Positions 9,450 to 20,861 of a stretch of 64,000 bases of DNA are shown piece after piece. Made by a program: the position numbers and the translations under genes. The stretch is from Myxococcota bacterium (lineage in GTDB: Bacteria > Myxococcota_A > Polyangia > Polyangiales > Houyiibacteriaceae). Location of the stretch: NCBI GenBank assembly GCA_039030515.1, contig JBCCEA010000014.1, positions 32,338-96,337 on the forward strand, read 5' to 3'. Each line of letters opens with the position of its first letter. The stretch's first letter is position 1. The notes under the pieces are model-generated. The model saw nothing but the letters and a program-made list of their open reading frames with translations, had not been told where the DNA came from and ran no database searches.

Positions 9450-10988
9450 ATGCAAACTCGCGGTGGGAAGCTTAGGGGCCCGTTGCGTGACGCGGTGGTT
9501 TTCGCCATCGCTTCTGTCCTATTGTATCCCGTGGCCACGCCCTCTGCTCGGGAGGCAACGAGTTCCCGAGCGCCTTTCGGCGATCTTCAGAGCTGGCTGA
9601 TGTTCACTCCCTCGCGTGCCGCCGCACAGGAATCGAGGGCAGAGGACATGTCCGAGCCGAAGATGCAGGGTGAGCCGTGGCTTCTTTCGGGAGATGCCTC
9701 TTTTGCGCTTCCTCTGACCGAACCCCAATCGGATTGGTTCGGGCCGGGCGCAACGGTTGGACTTTCGGTGCAGCGTGGATTGTTTCCTTGGCTCACCGCA
9801 GGGCTTCGCTTCCGTTTTGGCTTTTTGTCCGACGGAGATGCGCCAGACGAAACCCTGCAGGATCCCGGATTAGGTTCTTTTTACATCGCCAGTGCTCTGC
9901 TTCGCGTGCGACCTCTCGGCTCCAGAAGGGATCCTGCGCGAGGTACAGGTCTGTACCTGGAAGGCGCTCTCGGAGGAGGCTTCACCGGAGAGGATTTAAG
10001 GCCAGCGATCGAGCTCGGTGCAGGGTACGGTTTTGAGGTGGGATCGGTAGATATCGGTCCTGTGATTCGCTTTCTCCAAATCATCGAGAGCACGGATGCG
10101 CTTGACAACCGCGATGCGCGTCTGTTGCTTCTCGGTGTAGAAGCGACTCTCTTCGACCGACGCAAGCGACCGCCTGTTGTTCCCGTGGTCCGTTCCGATC
10201 GAGATGAGGACGGCCTGTACGATGAGGACGATGCGTGTCCAGATCTGCCTGAGGACTTTGACGGGTTTGAAGACGAAGATGGCTGTCCGGATCTCGATGA
10301 CGATGCGGACGGTATTCCTGATACGGAAGATCAGTGCCGTCTGGAGCCCGAAGATCGAGATGGTTTTGAGGACGAAGACGGTTGCCCAGATCCTGATGAT
10401 GATTCCGACGGTTTCCTAGATATCGACGATTTGTGTCCCAATGAGCCGGAAGTGGTCAACGGAGTCGAGGATGATGACGGGTGTCCGGATGAAGGGCTCA
10501 TCGAACTCATCAACGATCGCATCGTATTGGAGGAGCGGGTTTTATTCGATTTCGATCGCGTTAGAATCAAGAGTCGAGGCCATGCCGTTCTAGGTGCGAT
10601 CATTCAGTTATGGAGGCTTCATCCGGAGTGGGCTCAAGTGGTGATCGAAGGTCATGCAGACGTGCGCGGTACCGCGGAACACAATCTCGACCTCAGCGAA
10701 AGGCGGGCCGCGAAAGTACGACAAGCTCTGGTAGAGATGGGCATGCCCGCTGAGATGCTGACCAGCGTCGGATATGGCGAGGAGCATCCGCGAGACCTGC
10801 GTGCGGTAGATGACGCGCACCAAAGAAATCGTCGGGTTGAGTTTGTCATCACGGCGCGACACCCGCCTTCTGAGGCCCCCCCGGCTGACTTAGGGCAAAC
10901 CCCAGGGGAGGGCGCCACCGCGGCTCAACCGTTAGAGAAATCGTCGGACCGCGGTCCTTGGAACACCGAGCGGGTGGGCGCCCAATGA
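9450..10988 (+). CDS. OmpA-family outer-membrane protein: beta-barrel, thrombospondin type-3 repeats, OmpA_C (TraB-like architecture)
   Basis: Signal peptide; amphipathic beta strands; three DxDxDG..DxCP..EDxDGxEDxDGCPD repeats; IEGHAD, NLDLSERRA and RNRRVEF OmpA_C motifs. Start may be 9438 or 9450. Confidence 0.88.
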   Translation: MQTRGGKLRGPLRDAVVFAIASVLLYPVATPSAREATSSRAPFGDLQSWLMFTPSRAAAQESRAEDMSEPKMQGEPWLLSGDASFALPLTEPQSDWFGPGATVGLSVQRGLFPWLTAGLRFRFGFLSDGDAPDETLQDPGLGSFYIASALLRVRPLGSRRDPARGTGLYLEGALGGGFTGEDLRPAIELGAGYGFEVGSVDIGPVIRFLQIIESTDALDNRDARLLLLGVEATLFDRRKRPPVVPVVRSDRDEDGLYDEDDACPDLPEDFDGFEDEDGCPDLDDDADGIPDTEDQCRLEPEDRDGFEDEDGCPDPDDDSDGFLDIDDLCPNEPEVVNGVEDDDGCPDEGLIELINDRIVLEERVLFDFDRVRIKSRGHAVLGAIIQLWRLHPEWAQVVIEGHADVRGTAEHNLDLSERRAAKVRQALVEMGMPAEMLTSVGYGEEHPRDLRAVDDAHQRNRRVEFVITARHPPSEAPPADLGQTPGEGATAAQPLEKSSDRGPWNTERVGAQ

Positions 10989-12394
10989 GCAGGATGCGCA
11001 TGATCGGCCGAGCGACTGTACAGGTCATTCTGGGTTTGTTTGCGGTTCTCGATGGCTGTGGCAGCTCCGTGGTGGGCGGAGAATGTCGTGACGGTTTGAC
11101 GGTCTGCTCGGGCAGGTGTGTGGACCTCAGCTTGGATCCATCGCATTGCGGGGCGTGTAATAACGTCTGTCCCGCTGCATGCTCGAATGCCACCTGTACC
11201 GCGGCAGATATAGATGGTGCTGTTCTAGATGGGGCGATAGACGATGCAGCGGTAGACGGAAGCGCAGATGGAGGCGGACCGCTCCCGGATGGTCAAATCA
11301 CGCCCGATTCTGGTCTGACAGACGGCGGAGAGTCCGATGGGGAGGTGTCTGACGGTGCCCTCCTTCTGGATGGATCTGTCGACGGCGCGACGGGTTTGGA
11401 TGGCGCGACAGGTTTGGATGGCGCGACGGGTCAGGATGGTTCCATGGGAGATGCGTCGGTCTCGATGGATGCCGGAATCTGCGTTTGCGGGATTGGTGAG
11501 GTGTGCTGCGGCGTCGACTGCGTGGATCCTCGTTTCTCCTCAACACACTGCGGCGTGTGCGACAATACGTGCGGCACCGGACAACTGTGTGGCGTGAACC
11601 CTCCAGGCAGCGATCCGGTCGCGAGTTGTGTCGATATATGTCCCGCGCCCTTAGTCTCCTGCGGTGATTTCTGTCTAGATTTGTCGATCGACGATCCCAC
11701 AAATTGCGGTGGATGCGGGATTTCCTGTTCGAGCGGAATCTGTACAGATGGCGCGTGCCAAGGGTCGCTCGCTGCCCATGTGGTGGTGATCGGGCACGAC
11801 TTCACCCAGAGCCTTGCAGCCATGGACAATCTGCTCGCGAACGCAGTGTTCTTATCGCGAACGATTCAAACGCCGGTCCGGGTGCTCGTATACGAGGGAA
11901 CCGCAGGAGTCACTTCGATCGGCAACATACAAAGCGCGATCAATAGCGCGGCAATAGCCTGGACTCCTCAGCCCGTTTCATCGGCACAGGAGATCACGAG
12001 ATCCCTCGCGAACGCAAATGTCCTGCTCTTTTATCCTCAGCCAGGCATGTCTGATGTCGAGCTTGAACTGCTCGGTGCGCCCTTGACGTTGGCACTACAG
12101 CAGTTCGTAGAGCGAGGCGGAGTGATCGTTCTTCTCGACACGCATTCAGAGTTCAACTCGGGTACGTATCAAATACTGCAGTCTGCCGGTCAGTTTGTGG
12201 CAAGTAGCGTCGAAGAAGTGTCTGGAGCCACGGTTCGAGTGGTCCGTGCTGGCGATGCGGTCGCGCTCGGTGTGACCACGATGTACGTCGCACAACCGAC
12301 AAGCGTGTCGTTTGAAGGAACGACCGTGAATGCAGTGGTGGCCGGGGATGACGGGCCGGTTGTGCTGCACGAGGCGATCAATCCTCCGCTCTAA
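10985..12394 (+). CDS. Cys-rich repeat surface lipoprotein with Asp/Gly linker and C-terminal alpha/beta domain
   Basis: VLDGC lipobox; myxobacterial CxxxCVD..DPxHCGxCxxxC repeats (x3); DG-rich linker; C-terminal LQQFVERGGVIVLLD resembles a GATase-like fold; ATGA overlap with the upstream gene. Confidence 0.8.
   Translation: MSRMRMIGRATVQVILGLFAVLDGCGSSVVGGECRDGLTVCSGRCVDLSLDPSHCGACNNVCPAACSNATCTAADIDGAVLDGAIDDAAVDGSADGGGPLPDGQITPDSGLTDGGESDGEVSDGALLLDGSVDGATGLDGATGLDGATGQDGSMGDASVSMDAGICVCGIGEVCCGVDCVDPRFSSTHCGVCDNTCGTGQLCGVNPPGSDPVASCVDICPAPLVSCGDFCLDLSIDDPTNCGGCGISCSSGICTDGACQGSLAAHVVVIGHDFTQSLAAMDNLLANAVFLSRTIQTPVRVLVYEGTAGVTSIGNIQSAINSAAIAWTPQPVSSAQEITRSLANANVLLFYPQPGMSDVELELLGAPLTLALQQFVERGGVIVLLDTHSEFNSGTYQILQSAGQFVASSVEEVSGATVRVVRAGDAVALGVTTMYVAQPTSVSFEGTTVNAVVAGDDGPVVLHEAINPPL
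11381..11439 (+). repeat. 18-bp in-frame tandem repeat x3 (DGATGL)
   Basis: gacggcgcgacgggtttg / gatggcgcgacaggtttg / gatggcgcgacgggtcag. Confidence 0.9.
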
Positions 12395-12514
12395 GATTTG
12401 CTGCCGCGCTTTTGGAATACAGGCCGCTCCAGCGGAACGATGCCGCGCTGGGGTCAGGATCTCCACGTTCGGGGCTCGAAGCACGAGTTATGATGTCTTC
12501 GTTTCTGCCTGTTT

Positions 12515-12543
12515 TTTGACCTCGGCAGCGGTCTTTGGTCAAA
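12515..12543. promoter_or_regulatory. Inverted repeat TTTGACC-N15-GGTCAAA upstream of parA; possible operator
   Basis: Perfect 7-bp arms, each containing a TTGAC -35-like element, 55 bp before the parA ATG. Confidence 0.35.
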
Positions 12544-12598
12544 CACTTACATAACCGCTTCGATGAGCCTCAGTATTGTTTGGGCTCGTGGAGGACTG

Positions 12599-13774
12599 AT
12601 GGATACCCCGAACTCGACATGTACTGTTTGTGGTCGCTCATTCAAGGTGCGTTTTCGCTATCAGGTGCAGGAGTCCTCATCGGGCAAGTTTGAATATTTC
12701 TGCTCACAGGCTTGCCAACAACATCATTCCGAGGGCGACTGCACTTGTGTCGAATGCGGATCTAAGTTTTCGTTGGAATATGCGTTCCAGCTTGCGGTGG
12801 TCGATCGAACTCCAACGCACTGGTGCTCAACTCAGTGTCGTAGTCAGTGGGAGGAAGCACGCCGGAACCAGGGCAATGATGTGTCGATCAAGCGTGCTCG
12901 CCGAATCGCGGTATTCAATCACAAAGGAGGTACCGCCAAGACTACGACAGCGGTCAATCTAGCCGCCGGAATTGCAGAACGAGGATTGTCTACGCTCATC
13001 GTGGACGCAGATGGCCAAGGCAACGTCGGAGCATCCTTGGGTATATCCGGAGAAAAGTCGCTTTATCATGTGCTCGTCCAGGGATTAGATATTTCTCAAG
13101 TTGCGATCCCGGTGCGTGAGAACTTGGATGTGATCACGTCCAATGCCACCTTGGCTTCCGCCGAAATTCATCTCGCTTCTTTGCCCAATCGCCATCGAAT
13201 TATGAGAGATCGGCTCAGTCAAAACTCCAAGGATTACGACGTGATCGTGATCGATTGTGCTCCGGCACTCTCGCTTATGAATCAAAATGCGTTGTTTTAC
13301 GCGGACAGCGTAGTAGTGCCGGTGGGATGCGACTATCTCTCGCTGCTCGGTGTCAAACAGGTGCTCCAAACACTCAAAGACGTACGACGTCTCTTGGCAC
13401 ACGACATCCGTCTTTTGGGGGTACTCCCAACATTTTTTGACAGACGTAACCGCATTTCAGTTCAGTCTTTAGAGACACTACAGAAGCACTTTGGTGAGCG
13501 TTGTCTGCCTCCCATTCGTGTCAATACCCGACTCCGAGAAGCACCTAGTGCGAGGCAAACGATATTCGAGTTTGCACCTCAGTCGAATGGAGCATCGGAT
13601 TATGCGGGTCTAGTGCAGCATATTTGGGAAACAGGAGGGTTGGATGGAGTCAGATCAAAAGAGCACGCAGAAGAGCGCGATGAGCAACATGTTCTCTCCA
13701 GAAGAAGTGAAGGAGGTGCTGCAGGAAACCTTCTACAAGGCGCCCACCAGGGTGCACCGGCAGCGCAAGGCTAA
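12599..13774 (+). CDS. ParA/Soj-family ATPase with two N-terminal TRASH/MYM-like zinc fingers
   Basis: Two CxxC...CSxxC units; deviant Walker [50 protein letters not shown] before ATG 12599. Confidence 0.9.
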   Translation: MDTPNSTCTVCGRSFKVRFRYQVQESSSGKFEYFCSQACQQHHSEGDCTCVECGSKFSLEYAFQLAVVDRTPTHWCSTQCRSQWEEARRNQGNDVSIKRARRIAVFNHKGGTAKTTTAVNLAAGIAERGLSTLIVDADGQGNVGASLGISGEKSLYHVLVQGLDISQVAIPVRENLDVITSNATLASAEIHLASLPNRHRIMRDRLSQNSKDYDVIVIDCAPALSLMNQNALFYADSVVVPVGCDYLSLLGVKQVLQTLKDVRRLLAHDIRLLGVLPTFFDRRNRISVQSLETLQKHFGERCLPPIRVNTRLREAPSARQTIFEFAPQSNGASDYAGLVQHIWETGGLDGVRSKEHAEERDEQHVLSRRSEGGAAGNLLQGAHQGAPAAQG

Positions 13775-13949
13775 GAAGCCAACTCACTACGAAGTTATCT
13801 GTATTTCCCTCTACAAAGAGGACTTGGGACGTCTTGATGGGATGGTAAGCGAGCTAAAAGAGCAGGGGCATCGTAAGATGAGCCGAAGCGCTTTGATTCG
13901 CTTTGCTCTAGACAGCGTAGATTTGACGTCACTACCAAAGGGTTATTGA
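13680..13949 (+). CDS. Small putative ribbon-helix-helix protein, ParA partner
   Basis: Basic flexible N-terminus, beta strand VICISL, helix [14 protein letters not shown], then [11 protein letters not shown] (RHH helix-B signature); overlaps the parA 3' end. Confidence 0.7.
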   Translation: MSNMFSPEEVKEVLQETFYKAPTRVHRQRKAKKPTHYEVICISLYKEDLGRLDGMVSELKEQGHRKMSRSALIRFALDSVDLTSLPKGY

Positions 13950-14103
13950 GCAAGGAGCTATTGAAAATCTGGGTTCTGGATGAGGTCGTTATCCGGTTGT
14001 TTCCTTGACTGCTGTTTTGGCTCAGTTCTCCCCGGGTCGCGTTTTCGTTCAGATGTGTTTCGGATTTTCTTTGCGACTGCTCCCTGCCCAGGGCTCGATG
14101 GAC

Positions 14104-14439
14104 CTAGCCTAGTTTCCGCAAGTTCTGCTGCCCCTGCGTGTCACCAATGTCCCCAGAGAACAGCTCCAATAAATTGGGTGCATCCATCGCGATCCAAGCC
14201 GCACGCTCTCGAAACTCAAACGCCAACGCGTCGCTGATCGTCGTACCGTCTTCAAGAACTCGACGCACGGTTTGATGCACTGTCATATAGCTAGAGAGAC
14301 GCTCTCCGAACGACTTCCGATCGAGTCTAGTCACAAGGTAGGTTCCGAATTTGACATACGTTCCTACCGACCGATCGCCAAAGCGGCGAGCAAAGCGAGT
14401 TTCATAAGCGCGAAAAGCGGTGTTCTTGTTCAGTTCCAT
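14104..14439 (-). CDS. Hypothetical protein (111 aa)
   Basis: Fills the gap, protein-like composition, preceded by a sigma54-like promoter. Confidence 0.65.
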   Translation of the reverse strand: MELNKNTAFRAYETRFARRFGDRSVGTYVKFGTYLVTRLDRKSFGERLSSYMTVHQTVRRVLEDGTTISDALAFEFRERAAWIAMDAPNLLELFSGDIGDTQGQQNLRKLG

Positions 14440-14495
14440 CAGAAAGCCTTAAACATGTGATCTCAGCGAACCGCAGATGGTGTTCCTTCAAGCTA

Positions 14496-14511
14496 TGCGT
14501 ATTTCATGCCA
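14496..14511 (-). promoter_or_regulatory. Putative sigma54 (-24/-12) promoter
   Basis: Minus strand TGGCATGAAATACGCA matches GG-N10-GC (consensus TGGCACG-N4-TTGCW), 57 bp upstream of ATG 14439. Confidence 0.5.
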
Positions 14512-14661
14512 ACGTGCCCAGAGGGTTCCTGGTTCCTGCCGCTTCGGCGCGAAAACATCGGTCTCCGTCGCGTTTCAACAGTCTGCGGGTTCGGCTTTAC
14601 GGTCCACTTTGGCGCGCTAAGCTGGCGCCGGCGTCATTTTTGGAGCTAGATCCGAACCTGA

Positions 14662-16134
<1,473 letters not shown>

Positions 16135-16172
16135 CTTCGACCTGCTTCCCCGGTCGTGTTACACGCTTCCGC

Positions 16173-17717
16173 ATGCTGCGCCGCCCCGTACTGATCATTG
16201 ACTTCGGCTCTCAATACACTCAGCTGATCGCTCGCCGAGTGCGTGAGCAGCACGTCTACTGTTGCATTCAGCCGTGCACACTCGCATTCGAGGCGCTTTT
16301 GGAACTCAGGCCCTACGCTCTGATTTTATCGGGTGGGCCCGCGAGTGTTTTTGCTCCGGGGGCGCCTCAGATCGATTCCAGAATCTTTGAGATGAATATA
16401 CCTATCTTGGGCATTTGCTACGGAATGCAGCTCATGGCTCAAATCTTAGGAGGGGATGTCGAGGCGGCAGGAGAGCGGGAATATGGTCCTTCGACGCTCC
16501 GCATTACTCAGAGTAGGGGGATGTTCCGTGGCTTCGCTTCAGGAGAAACTACGGAGGTCTGGATGAGTCACGGGGATCGAGTCAAGTCGCTCCCCAGCGG
16601 TTTTGAAGTCCTCGGAGTGAGTTCCAATAGTCCCTTTGCGGCGGTTGGAAACGCGAATGACGGGTTTTATGCTTTGCAGTTTCATCCCGAGGTTGTCCAC
16701 ACTTCAAGGGGCACTGAGATGCTCCGGTCGTTCCTGTTCGAAGTTGTGGGGTGCCCCGCGGATTGGACTCCTGGATCCTTTGTGGCGGAGTCAGTGGAGC
16801 ATATTCGCGCCCAGGTCGGCTCGGCAGGTGCGGTTTGTGGGCTTTCTGGAGGTGTAGACTCTGCCGTTGCCGCAATGCTCGTTTCACGTGCGATCGGTGA
16901 ACGACTGACCTGCGTGTTCGTGGACAATGGTTTGTTACGGCAAGACGAAGCGAACCAAGTAGTGCGTACCTTCCGCGACCAGCTGGGGTTGAACCTAGTT
17001 CACGTCGATGCTGCCGACGAATTTCTTTGCGCGCTTGATGGTGTTTCTGATCCAGAGCAGAAGAGAAAAGTAATCGGCAGGGTATTTGTCGATGTATTCG
17101 AGCGAGAAGCCAAGAAGCTGTCCAATGTTGACTATTTAGTTCAAGGCACTCTTTATCCAGATGTGATCGAGAGTGTTTCTTTCAAAGGACCGAGCGCAGT
17201 CATCAAGAGCCATCACAACGTGGGCGGATTGCCCGATCGCATGGCACTGGCTTTGGTTGAGCCGCTTCGAGAGCTTTTTAAGGATGAAGTTCGCGCAATC
17301 GGTAAGGAACTCGGCATGGCTTCCGAAGTGCTTTCTCGACAGCCGTTTCCCGGTCCGGGTTTGGCAGTTCGCTGTCTCGGAACCCTATCTGACGAACGTC
17401 TGCGTATCCTTCGGGAAGCCGATTCCATCTTCGAACAGGAGATTCGTCGAGCCGGGCTCTACGACTGCGTCTGGCAGGCCTTTTGCGTGTTGGTGCCGGT
17501 GAAGACGGTAGGCGTGATGGGAGACAATCGTACCTATGAGTACGTGATCGCCCTTCGTGCAGTGGACTCTAAAGATGGCATGACCGCCGACTGGTCGCGC
17601 TTGCCCTTCGACCTGCTGGCGAAAGTTTCCTCGCGGATCATCAATGAAGTGCGAGGCTGCAATCGAGTGGTCTACGATATCTCCTCGAAACCCCCCGCAA
17701 CCATCGAGTGGGAATAA
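16173..17717 (+). CDS. guaA: GMP synthase (glutamine-hydrolysing)
   Basis: [46 protein letters not shown]. Confidence 0.98.
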   Translation: MLRRPVLIIDFGSQYTQLIARRVREQHVYCCIQPCTLAFEALLELRPYALILSGGPASVFAPGAPQIDSRIFEMNIPILGICYGMQLMAQILGGDVEAAGEREYGPSTLRITQSRGMFRGFASGETTEVWMSHGDRVKSLPSGFEVLGVSSNSPFAAVGNANDGFYALQFHPEVVHTSRGTEMLRSFLFEVVGCPADWTPGSFVAESVEHIRAQVGSAGAVCGLSGGVDSAVAAMLVSRAIGERLTCVFVDNGLLRQDEANQVVRTFRDQLGLNLVHVDAADEFLCALDGVSDPEQKRKVIGRVFVDVFEREAKKLSNVDYLVQGTLYPDVIESVSFKGPSAVIKSHHNVGGLPDRMALALVEPLRELFKDEVRAIGKELGMASEVLSRQPFPGPGLAVRCLGTLSDERLRILREADSIFEQEIRRAGLYDCVWQAFCVLVPVKTVGVMGDNRTYEYVIALRAVDSKDGMTADWSRLPFDLLAKVSSRIINEVRGCNRVVYDISSKPPATIEWE

Positions 17718-17729
17718 CTTCGGTCGCCT

Positions 17730-18062
17730 GTGCAGCACTACTTTTGGAGAGTTGTTCTTCGTGGAGTTCCCGCTGTTGGACTCCTACCCTTCTTTATACT
17801 CTCGTCGTGCAACATCGAGTCAAACTTTAGCCGTTTGCCTGCATCCCTTCGCGTGGTCACCGAACCACCTGAGGCGCGGGTCTACATCAACGGTCAATTT
17901 GTCGGGCAAGGGCACGTCTTAGAAGCGCAGCCTGCTGAGCTCCGAGTCGGCGAGAGTTTTATGACCGTTCAGAGTCCAGGCTATTTTCCCCACGATCTTC
18001 GTCTCGAACTCGTGCCGGGTGTCACGAAGGTTGAGGTTCGATTGCGTCCCGTGCCTCTGTAA
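17730..18062 (+). CDS. PEGA-domain lipoprotein
   Basis: ILSSC lipobox; LRVVTEPPEARVYINGQFVG...VQSPGY PEGA pattern. Confidence 0.75.
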   Translation: MQHYFWRVVLRGVPAVGLLPFFILSSCNIESNFSRLPASLRVVTEPPEARVYINGQFVGQGHVLEAQPAELRVGESFMTVQSPGYFPHDLRLELVPGVTKVEVRLRPVPL

Positions 18063-18069
18063 TTGAGCA

Positions 18070-18819
18070 CTAAGAACGATTCTCTCTCTTGTGTACGATA
18101 TCTTTGGGATCGAGGGCGGCGACAAATGCCTCCATCGCACGGGAGACTACCGATTTGCTCTTGCCGTCAAAGGTTATCTTAGTCTCGTAGGACGGATCGC
18201 CCCATACGGGATAGCTGCCAATATCGACTTGCGGGTACGCTTGCGTGAGTCGATTCAACAAGGGCGCGAGCAAAGATTCGTTGCATTGAGTGAAAACTTC
18301 GTTCGTAGCGAATGCCTCACCCGTGTCTAGTGTCTCTCGAAGCAGCTCGAGTTTCTTTCGGAACGCCTGCGGAACGCCCGGCATCACGAATACGTTCTCG
18401 ACCCGGAGCGTAGGCCACATTTGATCGTCACCATGCACCAAGGTGGAGCCCTCCGGAATATCCGCCATTCGCAAATGAACTTCCGTAACAGCATCTCCAT
18501 GGTGGGCTCGAATTCGCCGCTCGAGTTCCGGAGAGCGAGCAATCTCACGAGCGAAGTGTTGGGCGACTGCGGCTATGGTGACGTCATCATGGGTTGGTCC
18601 CACGCCGCCACTCGTAAATACCCAGTCGTAGTTCCCATCGAGGGTGGAGAGCTCGGATGCGATGTCTTGCTCCGTATCCCGGCACATCACGACTCGGTGA
18701 AGCTCGATACCCCATCGGAACAACTGTTTTGCCAGGACCTGAAGGTTGCTCTCTTGGATTTTACCAGTGAGCAGTTCGTTGCCGATGATGAGGAACGCTG
18801 CTGTAAGAGCCATAATCAT
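18070..18819 (-). CDS. CinA-like molybdopterin-binding-domain protein (FAD hydrolase-like)
   Basis: IIGNELLTGKIQESN, TSGGVGPTHDD, MPGVP. Confidence 0.85.
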   Translation of the reverse strand: MIMALTAAFLIIGNELLTGKIQESNLQVLAKQLFRWGIELHRVVMCRDTEQDIASELSTLDGNYDWVFTSGGVGPTHDDVTIAAVAQHFAREIARSPELERRIRAHHGDAVTEVHLRMADIPEGSTLVHGDDQMWPTLRVENVFVMPGVPQAFRKKLELLRETLDTGEAFATNEVFTQCNESLLAPLLNRLTQAYPQVDIGSYPVWGDPSYETKITFDGKSKSVVSRAMEAFVAALDPKDIVHKRENRS

Positions 18820-19004
18820 CCACCCTAGCACGCGGTTTTCCACCGCGGTGCCGGCACGACCTAAAATGGTGCGCGCGGTCTGTTGATCCCACTTAAGCGA
18901 GTGCCCACGAATCGGATCAGATCACGAGAAGAACAGAGGCACTCGGAAGAACCCAACATTCTGAGAAGCTCGACTTGATCGGCTTCAGGTGAGCTGCGCG
19001 TGCC

Positions 19005-19301
19005 TTAGAAGTCTGGGTCGTAGTCGAACTCGGGTTCCGGCGGCGCCGGGGCGGTGGCGTTCATGCCGGCCCAGCTGGTTGCAAAGACCATAAGACCACC
19101 GACAAGCGCGCTGAGGAGATACATCCTACGTGGATGGTTCAGCTTGGCTAGTCCGAAGAATACGATGTAGAGCGGAATGACAGCGCAGAGTAGGCCTTGA
19201 GAAACACTCTGACGGAATGCCATGACGACTAGTACGGCACCCGCAGCAAGAGAAATTAATCCTGAGAGCGCCAGTAGTGCATTGAACAGCAGATACATCA
19301 T
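19005..19301 (-). CDS. Small membrane protein (about 3 TM)
   Basis: Hydrophobic segments, acidic tail, GGAG RBS. Confidence 0.7.
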   Translation of the reverse strand: MMYLLFNALLALSGLISLAAGAVLVVMAFRQSVSQGLLCAVIPLYIVFFGLAKLNHPRRMYLLSALVGGLMVFATSWAGMNATAPAPPEPEFDYDPDF

Positions 19302-19364
19302 CAGCTCCGAATTATCCTGGGTGGGCAGGGTTGAGTTTGAATCAGTGAAAGGTGCATTTTATCG

Positions 19365-20069
19365 CTACATAGATCTTGTCGCTACGTAGAGAGCAACGCC
19401 TGCGGCGACGGAAGCATTCAGGCTTTCCATCGGGCCTTCGAGCGGTATCCTGACAAGCTGCTCGCAGTGTGCTGCAACCAATCTTCTAAGCCCAGTACCC
19501 TCGGATCCGATGACAAGTGCTTTGGGGCGATTTGTGGTTTCTAGCAGCGAGAGGTCGCCGTTTCCTTCCGCTGCCAGTCCCAAAGTTTCGTATCCAGATT
19601 TGGAAAGATGAGCGAGCGTCCGTGAGATGTTACTTACGCGCGCGATGCAAGCGTACTCTGTGGCGCCCGTGGATGCACGCACGACTACCGGAGTGACTGG
19701 GCATGCCCTTCGCTGCTGGATGACGATGTGCTTTACTCCGAATGCGACCGAGCTTCGCACGATCGCGCCAAAATTGTAGGGATCCGTAATACCGTCGAGT
19801 ACGACGACTCGCGAGGGGGCCTCTTCAAGAAGTTGCGATATGTCCGCATAAGGATAGGGTCCGGCGATCGCAACCGCTCCTTGATGGCGAATCTCTGGAA
19901 CCAGGCAGTCCAGTTCATGATCGGGCCGATGCTCCACCGGAATGCGGCGTTGATTGGCCAGCTTCTCTATATCTGGATGGTTTCGGGCTAGATATACCGC
20001 GGCGATCTCGAGTTGCTTCTGATTCAGTGCGGAGGTGACCGCTCGGATGCCTGCAATTTTACGAGGCAT
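19365..20069 (-). CDS. rlmB: 23S rRNA Gm2251 2'-O-methyltransferase (TrmH/SpoU family)
   Basis: HQG, LDGITDPYNFGAIVRS, IGSEGTG, IPLEGPMESLNASVA. Confidence 0.9.
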   Translation of the reverse strand: MPRKIAGIRAVTSALNQKQLEIAAVYLARNHPDIEKLANQRRIPVEHRPDHELDCLVPEIRHQGAVAIAGPYPYADISQLLEEAPSRVVVLDGITDPYNFGAIVRSSVAFGVKHIVIQQRRACPVTPVVVRASTGATEYACIARVSNISRTLAHLSKSGYETLGLAAEGNGDLSLLETTNRPKALVIGSEGTGLRRLVAAHCEQLVRIPLEGPMESLNASVAAGVALYVATRSM

Positions 20070-20072
20070 TTT

Positions 20073-20801
20073 CTACGAGGCGTTGCGCGAGGAGGCGACT
20101 TCAATTTCGTTCAGGATAGATCGGGCGGACGCCAGAGGATCTGGGGCTTCTCGAATGGGACGCCCGACAACCAGCAGATCGGCACCATGTGTGATCGCTG
20201 TGGTTGCGGTCTCTGTGCGCTTCTGGTCGTCTGCGCTTCCGCCGGGATTGAGGCGGCGGATACCTGGCGTGACTAAATGAGCTTCTGGCCCCAACTCTTG
20301 GCGCAGGGATGCGCATTCGAGGGGAGCGCATACAAAACCTCGAACTCCACAGTCAAACGATACTCGTGCGAGTCGATGTGCTGCAGCGTTGGCGTTTCCC
20401 ATCATCCCAATGGCTTCAAGGTCGGTATCCGAAAAGCTAGTAAGCACGGTGACTGCAAGTATTTTTGTATTTGCCTGTAATGTGCACGAAGCTGCTCTGC
20501 GCAGCGCTTCTGGTCCCGATGCGGCGTGGACCGTAACATAACGAACCTGGTGAGCGACTGCAGCGTGGACCGCACGTTCGACCGTGGCCGGGATATCGTG
20601 AATTTTGAGATCCAGAAAGCAGGCAACGTTTCGTTCAGCAAGGTCTTTCAGCAGCCTTGGACCTTCGCTGATGAATAGCTGGAGGCCTACCTTGAATACG
20701 CCGATCTCACTTTGAAGCGTGTCGACCCACCGAAGCGCTTCCTCACGGGAGTGTACATCGAGTGCGAACGCAATACGGTCGCGGGCGGATAAGTTCGTCA
20801 T
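20073..20801 (-). CDS. pyrF: Orotidine-5'-phosphate decarboxylase
   Basis: FALD, KVG, FLDLKIHDIPATV, VTPGIR, VVGRPI. Confidence 0.96.
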   Translation of the reverse strand: MTNLSARDRIAFALDVHSREEALRWVDTLQSEIGVFKVGLQLFISEGPRLLKDLAERNVACFLDLKIHDIPATVERAVHAAVAHQVRYVTVHAASGPEALRRAASCTLQANTKILAVTVLTSFSDTDLEAIGMMGNANAAAHRLARVSFDCGVRGFVCAPLECASLRQELGPEAHLVTPGIRRLNPGGSADDQKRTETATTAITHGADLLVVGRPIREAPDPLASARSILNEIEVASSRNAS

Positions 20802-20861
20802 CGGATTCTAAGGTCTACATAAGTAAGAAGGGGTGTCGGGCCGGAGCCCGCAACCTAGAAC

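Noticed and set aside
10197..10492. Periodic repeats of about 99 bp that could suggest a CRISPR-like array
   Set aside because: In-frame, degenerate TSP3 coding repeats; no identical repeats with unique spacers and no cas genes
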